Part shown: positions 25,865-32,083 of the stretch, in pieces
Layout of the letters: each line of letters opens with the position of its first letter
Numbering within the stretch: the first letter of the stretch is position 1
Origin: a virus
Taxonomy: Duplodnaviria > Caudoviricetes
DNA length: 32,083 bases
Reading direction: 5' to 3' (one strand)
Virus record (IMG/VR): IMGVR_UViG_3300044709_000074
Location: 1 to 32,083 of that record
Program-made: the position numbers and the translations under genes
The notes under the pieces: generated by a model
The model's database searches: none
What the model saw: only the letters and a program-made list of their open reading frames with translations
What the model was told of the DNA's origin: nothing

Positions 25865-26281
25865 TTGGCCACCATCAGCCAGATCCGGGCCGGTATCGAA
25901 ACCAGGCTCCAGACCCTGGACACGATCCGGGTCACTCAGGAGTTCATCGGTCCGCTGCCCGTGAGCGGCAACGCCTCCGTCGCGGTGGTCGAGTACGCCG
26001 GCGCCACCTACGACACCGCATTCGGTGGGCAGGGTGACGCCCTGAACTTCGGGATCGTCGTCCTCGCCTCGAAGCTCAGCGACCGGGCCGGGGTGGCGAA
26101 GCTGGACGACCTGTGCGACCCGACCTCCGGGTCGGTCACCTCGGTGCGGACCGCGGTCAACGGGAAGCTCGGCGGCATCGTCACCGACGCCGCGGTGCGC
26201 ACGTCCAGCGGCTACCAGGAGTACGCCGTCGACGAGCAGAAGTACCTCGGGGTCGAGTTCGTCGTCGAGGTCCAGACGTGA
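25865..26281 (+). CDS. Tail terminator / tail completion protein
   Basis: TISQIRAGIETRLQT...YLGVEFVVEV; size and position. Confidence 0.65.
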   Translation: MATISQIRAGIETRLQTLDTIRVTQEFIGPLPVSGNASVAVVEYAGATYDTAFGGQGDALNFGIVVLASKLSDRAGVAKLDDLCDPTSGSVTSVRTAVNGKLGGIVTDAAVRTSSGYQEYAVDEQKYLGVEFVVEVQT

Positions 26282-27294
26282 GGTGGCTGGCCTGCGCCCC
26301 CGGGCCCGCCTTCAGCGTGAAGGACGTCCACGACGGCTACGTCGAAGCACTGCGCGCCGCCGGCCAGCAGGTCATCGACTACCCGCTCGGCGACGCGCTC
26401 ACCTTCTACGACAGCGTGCTGTTGCAGGCCGGCAGCCACACCTTCCGCAAGGCGCTCAGCGGGAACCAGGCGACCGAACTGGCCGCCGGCCGGCTCGCCG
26501 GGGCGCTGTACCGGGTCCGCCCCGACATCCTCCTGATCACGTCCGGGTTCTTCGTCGACACCGACCTGCTCGACCTCGCCCGCCGCGACGGCGTGCGGGT
26601 CGTGGCGATCCTCACCGAACAGCCCTACGAGCACACCCGCGAACTGGACCTGGCCCGGCACTGCGACCTGGCACTGCTGACCGACCCGATCAACATCGCC
26701 GACTTCCAGCAGGTCACCAGGGCGGCCCACGCACCGCACTGCCGCCGGCCCAACGTCCACACCCCCGGACCCGCGGACCCGGCCCTTGCCTGCGACCTCG
26801 CCTTCGTCGGCACCGGCTACGCCTCCCGGATCGCCTTCTTCGAACGCATGGACCTGACCGGTCTGGACGTGCTCCTCGCCGGCAACTGGCAGCAGCTCGC
26901 CGCGGACAGTCCACTGAACCGGTTCGTCGCGGTCGGACCCGAGGACTGCCTCGACAACACCACCACCGTCGAGGTCTACCGCTCCGCGCGGGCCGGGATC
27001 AACCTGTACCGCCGCGAGGCGGAGGACAACGCCGCGCAGGGCTGGGCGGTCGGCCCACGCGAGATCGAGATGGCCGCGATCGGCTGCTTCTTCCTGCGCG
27101 ACCGACGCCCCGAGGGCGACGAGCTGCTGCCGATGCTGCCCACGTTCACCAGCCCGGAGCAGGCATCCGACCAGCTCCGCTGGTGGCTGGCCCACCCGGG
27201 GATGCGCGAGACCGCCGTACTCAAGGCCCGCGAGGCCGTCGCCGACCGAACGTTCGACAACGCTGCCGCGCGTCTGCTGCGCCTACTTGAGTAA
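26278..27294 (+). CDS. CgeB-like GT-B glycosyltransferase 4
   Basis: GTGA overlap; TEQPYE, DLAFVGTGYASR, VYRSARAGINLYR, GPREIEMAAIG, TFDNAAARLL. Confidence 0.82.
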   Translation: MRWLACAPGPAFSVKDVHDGYVEALRAAGQQVIDYPLGDALTFYDSVLLQAGSHTFRKALSGNQATELAAGRLAGALYRVRPDILLITSGFFVDTDLLDLARRDGVRVVAILTEQPYEHTRELDLARHCDLALLTDPINIADFQQVTRAAHAPHCRRPNVHTPGPADPALACDLAFVGTGYASRIAFFERMDLTGLDVLLAGNWQQLAADSPLNRFVAVGPEDCLDNTTTVEVYRSARAGINLYRREAEDNAAQGWAVGPREIEMAAIGCFFLRDRRPEGDELLPMLPTFTSPEQASDQLRWWLAHPGMRETAVLKAREAVADRTFDNAAARLLRLLE

Positions 27295-27951
27295 CCTCCG
27301 CTGCGCGCTCACGGCCCGGCACGCCCGGCACTCACGGTGATTCTTCCGATCCGGGCGAACGTAGATGTTTTCGGTGGTGAACTCGTGGCCGTGCTTGCAG
27401 TGCGTCTTCGTGGCGTTGATCGCGGCCGGTGACGAACTTGCCAAATTGTTGACCTGATGGGTGACCGCTCGTAGGTGTCGCGGGTTCTGGCACGCGCGGT
27501 TCCGGCACCGATGATCGATCGTCAGCCTGTCCGGGATCTGCCCATTGGTTAGGACGTAAGCCACTCGGTGGGCGCTTTCGTGTGCCCCGTTCCACCAGAC
27601 GCGCCCATACCCGGTTCCCTCTATCTTGGCGAGCCAGGCCCAGCATTCGTCGTCTCCGCCCGACCGATCGACCTTTGCCCAGAAGCGATCGGCATCGGGT
27701 GCCGTTACTTGTGGCTGCACTAGCGCGCTGCCGAATCGCTTTAGCCGCTGATAGTGCTTTGAGCAATAGCCGAGCCCGCCTCTTAGTCGACTGGCGCAAC
27801 CGTCAATCTTGCATCCAGTGACGCGGACCCCGTCAGGCTTGATCTTTGGTGGCAGTGTCCCATGCCTACTGCGGAACGCGTAGTGCGTCCCGCATAGTCC
27901 GCGACCCTTCGCCGGCCGCGCACAACCTTCGTCCAAACATGCGGCTGTCAC
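27283..27951 (-). CDS. HNH homing endonuclease (antisense)
   Basis: RFWAKVD, CWAW, AHRVAY, IDHRCRNRACQNPRHL, THCKHGHEF; lower GC than neighbours. Confidence 0.92.
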   Translation of the reverse strand: MTAACLDEGCARPAKGRGLCGTHYAFRSRHGTLPPKIKPDGVRVTGCKIDGCASRLRGGLGYCSKHYQRLKRFGSALVQPQVTAPDADRFWAKVDRSGGDDECWAWLAKIEGTGYGRVWWNGAHESAHRVAYVLTNGQIPDRLTIDHRCRNRACQNPRHLRAVTHQVNNLASSSPAAINATKTHCKHGHEFTTENIYVRPDRKNHRECRACRAVSAQRRLLK

Positions 27952-27958
27952 GCGCGGC

Positions 27959-27964
27959 AGTCTA
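27959..27964 (-). promoter_or_regulatory. -10 element for a leaderless HNH transcript
   Basis: TAGACT on the minus strand, 7 nt before GTG 27951. Confidence 0.55.
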
Positions 27965-27984
27965 GCCCAAGGGAGCTGGTCAAA

Positions 27985-28383
27985 ATCGGTAAGATCGCCG
28001 GGCGGAACGCAGTCATCTACCTGGGGGCCACCACCTCGGCGGCCGCCAGCCCGTTGACCTTTCAGAACACCTGGTCGATCGACTTCTCCTCGGAGAAGAT
28101 CGACGTCACGTCGTTCGGGGACCAGACCAAGACCTACGTCACCGGCATCGCCGACGCCACCGGCGAGTTTGCCGGCTTCTACGACGACGCGTCGCCACAG
28201 ACGTACACCGCGGCGATCGACGGCCTGAGCCGCAAGCTGTACCTCTACCCGAGCAGCCTGCTCGTGACGCAGTACTTCTTCGGCACCGTGTTCGCGGACA
28301 TGTCGATCAACGCCGCCGTTGCGGGTGCGGTCGAGGTGTCCGCGAAATGGAACGCCGCGACATCCATGGCCAAGGTCGGCTAG
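27985..28383 (+). CDS. Major tail (tube) protein, probable ATC start
   Basis: GKIAGRNAVIYLG...WSIDFSSEKIDVTSFGD...YVTGIADATGEFAGFYD; AAGGGAG RBS 9 nt before ATC. Confidence 0.8.
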   Translation: MGKIAGRNAVIYLGATTSAAASPLTFQNTWSIDFSSEKIDVTSFGDQTKTYVTGIADATGEFAGFYDDASPQTYTAAIDGLSRKLYLYPSSLLVTQYFFGTVFADMSINAAVAGAVEVSAKWNAATSMAKVG

Positions 28384-28913
28384 TGATCGAGCTGCGGATC
28401 CGCGGCACCGAACAACTCGACGACTTGGCCGCCCGGCTCGCCGACGCGCCGCGGCGGCTGCGCAACGAACTGCGCTCCGGGCTGTCGGCCGCGGCCCGAC
28501 CGACCGTGCAGGACGTGCGCCGGGAGATCCGGTCCGTGTCCATGTCGCAGCGCAAGACCTGGGCCGCCCGGTCGGCGCGGTCCGCCGGCGGCCGGCTGGG
28601 CAGCGGCAGCAGCCCGCTCCGTCCGGCGATCGCTTCCGCGGTGAACGTGCGCGCGCTCGCCAACGCCGACGGCGCGTCGGTGGAGATCTACCTGACCGAG
28701 TCGCAGGTCCCCGCCCGGGCGCGGTGGCTCGTCCCCTACATCGTGGGTCGCAAGAAACGGCTACGGCACCCGTTCATGGGCAACCGCCGCCGCTGGGTCG
28801 CTGCCACCGGCGACCTCGACGTGTGGTGGCCGACCATCCGCCGGCACATGACCCGTTTCGCCGCCGCCCGCGACGAGGCTGTGTCGCGCACCGAGCAGTC
28901 TCTGGAGGGATGA
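28383..28913 (+). CDS. HK97 gp10-like neck/tail component
   Basis: TAGTG overlap; IRGTEQLDDLAARL; Arg-rich. Confidence 0.6.
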   Translation: MIELRIRGTEQLDDLAARLADAPRRLRNELRSGLSAAARPTVQDVRREIRSVSMSQRKTWAARSARSAGGRLGSGSSPLRPAIASAVNVRALANADGASVEIYLTESQVPARARWLVPYIVGRKKRLRHPFMGNRRRWVAATGDLDVWWPTIRRHMTRFAAARDEAVSRTEQSLEG

Positions 28914-28917
28914 CCCC

Positions 28918-29352
28918 TTGCCCCGGATCCGCCTGTGTGACTCCGACCGCGAGAAGTACGGCGGCCCGGAATGGGTGGAGCTGAAGGCCACCGAGCTGAT
29001 GGACGAGGACACCGGCCTCATCGAACTCATCGAGGAGGCCTGGGACCTGACCCCGCTGGAGTTCCTGCGCGGGGTCAGCCGCAACTCGACCAAGGCGTTG
29101 CGGGCGATGATCTGGGTCGCCCGGCGCAAGGCCGGCTGCCTCGACGACGTGCGTACGTTCAAGCCGAAGACGCAGGACTGGTCCGGGGTTGTCTACGAGG
29201 CGCTGCCGGCCGAGCTGAAGGCGGCCGATGCCGACCCCCCGGCCAACCGGGCGGAGCGCCGCGCCGCCAAGAAGGCTCCCGGGAAAAGGAAGCCCACCGC
29301 CGGGTCAAAGACCTCATCGACGAGCACCACATCGCCTTCCTCCGGGTCCTGA
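28918..29352 (+). CDS. Tail assembly chaperone (gpG-like)
   Basis: Position before TMP; NRAERRA motif; overlapped by a -1 frame ORF. Confidence 0.75.
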   Translation: MPRIRLCDSDREKYGGPEWVELKATELMDEDTGLIELIEEAWDLTPLEFLRGVSRNSTKALRAMIWVARRKAGCLDDVRTFKPKTQDWSGVVYEALPAELKAADADPPANRAERRAAKKAPGKRKPTAGSKTSSTSTTSPSSGS

Positions 29353-29441
29353 ACAGCCAGCCCCACCAGGTGCGGCGCTGGTCGTACCGGCAGTTCCTGC
29401 GGGCCGTCGCCTACATCGAGGCGGCCGACGAGGGGGGCTGA
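29280..29441 (+). CDS. Frameshift extension of the tail assembly chaperone (gpT-like)
   Basis: -1 frame REKEAHRRVKDLIDEHHIAFLRVLNSQPHQVRRWSYRQFLRAVAYIEAADEGG, ending 3 nt before TMP. Confidence 0.65.
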   Translation, partial: REKEAHRRVKDLIDEHHIAFLRVLNSQPHQVRRWSYRQFLRAVAYIEAADEGG

Positions 29442-29444
29442 ACG

Positions 29445-31649
29445 GTGGTCACCCTCCGGGTCGACGTGGCGGCGGCCAACGCGCGGCGGGAGTTCAACTC
29501 CGCGTCGCGGGCGGTGAACGGGTTCTCCAGCTCGCTGGCCGAGGCGGAACGGGACGCGGCCCGCCTCGACGACGAAATGCAGGCCGCCACCCGGCGCATG
29601 GAGCAGGCGGACCGGGAGTTCCAGGCCGCGGCCCGGGCCGCGGACCACGCCGGCGACGAGGTCCAGCGGCTCACCGCGCAGGTCGCCGCCCTCGGCCATG
29701 CCGCACCGCAGGCCCTCGTCGACGAGCTGCAACGGGCGGAGGACCAGCTCCGCGACTGCGAGCGTGAGGAGCAGCGTCTCCTCGACGCGGTCAACGACAC
29801 GACCGCCGAGGCGAACCGGCTGGGTCGGGCGTTCAACGACGCCGGGGACCGGGTCCAGCACATCACCCGCCAGCTCGCCGAGGCCCGCCGGGAGGCGGAC
29901 CGGCTGCGGGCGGCGATGGACCGGGCCAACCGGCAGGCCAACAACCCGCTGCGTGGCGCCCAGCGGGGATTGCTGGGGTTCCGGCAACAGATCAACCAGA
30001 TGCTGTCGCAGAACCCGGGCACCTCCCTGCGCGACGCGATGTCCTCGGCGTGGCAGGCCCTGCCGGTCGAGCTGAAAGGCGTCGTCATCGCGGTCGGGGC
30101 GTCCCTCGCCGCGATCTTCGCCACAGCTGCCGGCGCCGCCATCAACGGGTTGCTGCTGGCCGCCATCGGCGGTGGGGTGCTCGCGGTGATGGCCGCGGTC
30201 GCCGCGAAGACCTCGAACGTGGTGCAGGCGGCGTTCCGCAACGTGTTCACGCCGGTCATCGACCAGATCAAAACGTTCTCGATGATCGCCGAGGGGCCGC
30301 TGGTCAAGTCCGCCCACATCCTGGGCCAGGCCTGGAGCGACGTGTCCGACGACATCCGGGGCATGTTCCAGGACGTCGGCCCGGAGATCACCGACCTCGC
30401 CGACGGGATCGGCGGGTTCGTCCGTGGCGTCATGCCGGGCCTGCGCGAGGCGGTCGCCGCGAGCGTGCCGATCCTGAAGGAACTGGCCCGGGACCTGCCG
30501 GCGCTGGGTGACTCGGTGTCGGAGATGTTCGCCGCGTTCGCCCGCGGCGGCGAGGGCGCGCAGAAAGGCTTCCGGGCCCTGTTGATGCTGGTCAGCGGGT
30601 CTCTGATCATCATCGGCAACGTGGTGGAGTTCCTGTCGAACAAGTTCAACCAGATCACCACCTCGATGCAGATGCTCACCGAGGGCCTGTCCAAGATTCC
30701 CCTCATCGGGCACCTGTTCGAGGGGGCGGCGGACTTCTGGCGCAGCTTCAACGACCTCGGCGAAGGCTCCGTCCGCTCACTCGACGCCACCGGCGAAGCC
30801 GCCGACAACACCGGTCTCGCCCTCGGCCGGCAGGCCGACGCCACCAACCGTGCATCACAGGCAGCGCAGGTCCTGTCCCGGAAAATGTCCGACCTTGTCA
30901 ACACCGAGCTCGGCGCGAAGGAAGCAAGCATCGCATTCGAGGCCGCACTGGACGCGGTCACCGAATCCGCCAAGGAGCACGGCAGAAGCCTGGACATCGG
31001 GTCGGAAAAGGGCCGGGCGAACGCCGAAACGATCCTGGCCGGCGTGCGGGCGGCCGAGGCGAAACGGGAAGCGGACATCGCCCTGGCCGGCGGGGAGCGT
31101 GCCTCCGCGGCGGCGGTCGCGGAGGCCAACGCGAAGTACGAGGCGCAGGTCCAGCAGATCCGGGCCGCCGCCAAGGCCGCCGGGTTCGACCAGCAGCAGG
31201 TGGAGGCGCTGATCGGATCACTGGGCCGGATCCCGAAGAACGTCACCACCCGGGTCACGACCGAGTACCGCACCGTCGGAAGCATTCCTGCCGATCAGCG
31301 TGTCGGCTCCGGCAACATCCGCGGCTACGCCACTGGCGGAACCCCGCCGCCGGGCTTCGCGTGGGCCGGTGAGCACGGACCCGAGCTGATCGACTTCACC
31401 GGCCGGGAGCGGGTCTACAACGCGATGGAATCCGCCCGGATCATGGGCACCCGCGCCGCCCGCAGCGCCACCCTCGCCGCCAGGTCGGCCGCCCCGGCCG
31501 CCCCGGCGACGGTCCAGGTCCAGCTCGTGCAATCCAGTGGCCGCAGCGCCACCGGCCTGGACGCCCTGTTCGGCAAGTGGCTTGACGACGCCCTGTTCAA
31601 CGGGCGGCTCAAGTGGCGGGTGGTGGACGGGAGGGTCAGGCCGGCGTGA
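29445..31649 (+). CDS. Tape measure protein
   Basis: N-terminal coiled coil, hydrophobic Ala/Gly core, C-terminal GYATGG...WAGEHGPEL. Confidence 0.9.
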   Translation: MVTLRVDVAAANARREFNSASRAVNGFSSSLAEAERDAARLDDEMQAATRRMEQADREFQAAARAADHAGDEVQRLTAQVAALGHAAPQALVDELQRAEDQLRDCEREEQRLLDAVNDTTAEANRLGRAFNDAGDRVQHITRQLAEARREADRLRAAMDRANRQANNPLRGAQRGLLGFRQQINQMLSQNPGTSLRDAMSSAWQALPVELKGVVIAVGASLAAIFATAAGAAINGLLLAAIGGGVLAVMAAVAAKTSNVVQAAFRNVFTPVIDQIKTFSMIAEGPLVKSAHILGQAWSDVSDDIRGMFQDVGPEITDLADGIGGFVRGVMPGLREAVAASVPILKELARDLPALGDSVSEMFAAFARGGEGAQKGFRALLMLVSGSLIIIGNVVEFLSNKFNQITTSMQMLTEGLSKIPLIGHLFEGAADFWRSFNDLGEGSVRSLDATGEAADNTGLALGRQADATNRASQAAQVLSRKMSDLVNTELGAKEASIAFEAALDAVTESAKEHGRSLDIGSEKGRANAETILAGVRAAEAKREADIALAGGERASAAAVAEANAKYEAQVQQIRAAAKAAGFDQQQVEALIGSLGRIPKNVTTRVTTEYRTVGSIPADQRVGSGNIRGYATGGTPPPGFAWAGEHGPELIDFTGRERVYNAMESARIMGTRAARSATLAARSAAPAAPATVQVQLVQSSGRSATGLDALFGKWLDDALFNGRLKWRVVDGRVRPA

Positions 31650-32083
31650 CGCTGCCCAACGGGTGCAAGATCTGGCTGGCCCTCGGCGCGGATCTGTCCA
31701 AGAGCCCCGACCTCTGGACCTGGACCGACGTCACCGCCTACATCCTGCGCGACGGCGGCGGTGGCGTCAGCATCAGCATCGGTTACCCCGAAGGCTCGGG
31801 CGCGACGGCGGCGACCACCATCGAATTCCTGGCCAACAACCAGGACGGCCGGTGGTCCCCGTCCAATCCGGCCGGCGCCTGGTTCGGACAGATCGACATC
31901 GACACCCCGGTCAGGGTCACCTTCGACCCCGGCACCGGGGACGTCACCCGCGGGATCGCGTTCCTGGCCGACCTGCCGTTGGAATGGACCCCCGGCGGCA
32001 AGTTCCGCTACGTCCGCGTCGAAGCCTTCGGCCGGCTGTCCCGGATGGACAGCGCAGACACCCAGGACAGCAACGCCCACCGC
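31646..32083 (+). CDS. Minor tail protein, 3' truncated
   Basis: GTGA overlap; open to the window end: WTWTDVTAYI...NNQDGRWSPSNPAGAWFG..DTPVRV. Confidence 0.8.
   Translation, partial: MTLPNGCKIWLALGADLSKSPDLWTWTDVTAYILRDGGGGVSISIGYPEGSGATAATTIEFLANNQDGRWSPSNPAGAWFGQIDIDTPVRVTFDPGTGDVTRGIAFLADLPLEWTPGGKFRYVRVEAFGRLSRMDSADTQDSNAHR

Larger units (their letters stand above)
1..32083 (+). mobile_element. Actinobacterial siphovirus / prophage: end of early region, packaging, head and tail modules
   Basis: Co-oriented TerS-TerL-portal-protease-capsid-adaptor-tail-TMP order with 1-8 nt gene overlaps; no host housekeeping genes; no integrase or att site in the window. Confidence 0.97.

Noticed and set aside
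6348-31285. Many long minus-strand and off-frame ORFs (e.g. 6348-7682, 13212-14699, 23335-24885, 29411-31285)
   Set aside because: Shadow ORFs of high-GC3 genes; they lie over well-supported + strand genes and have no motifs
1-32083. tRNA, rRNA, integrase/att, lysis genes
   Set aside because: None recognisable in this window; prophage versus free phage cannot be decided

Overview
High-GC actinobacterial siphovirus or prophage segment; tandem DUF397, DUF6221 and DUF433 genes point to an actinomycete host. Almost all genes are on the + strand and translationally coupled. Order: small accessory genes (1-4.8 kb), two HNH genes, a probable cos region, TerS, TerL, HK97-type portal, a 467-aa head-module effector (HPRGxxGRF motif + degenerate ADP-ribosyltransferase + intact HipA/PI3-4K-like kinase) with a small overlapping partner gene, prohead protease, major capsid protein and an EndoVII homing endonuclease. 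A coupled sugar-modification cluster follows (3 GT-A glycosyltransferases, 2 SAM methyltransferases, 1 NDP-sugar epimerase/dehydratase), then Thr/Ser/Ala-rich putative virion proteins including a 912-aa repeat protein, head-tail adaptor, tail terminator, a fourth (CgeB-like) glycosyltransferase, an antisense HNH, major tail protein (apparently ATC-initiated), gp10-like protein, tail assembly chaperones, tape measure and a truncated minor tail gene. Best candidates for a new system: (1) a self-contained virion glycosylation/methylation pathway with its likely substrates; (2) the pseudo-ART-kinase effector and partner. Homing endonucleases next to visibly recoded structural-gene ends are also notable. 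All family calls come from motif recognition by eye; no database searches were run.
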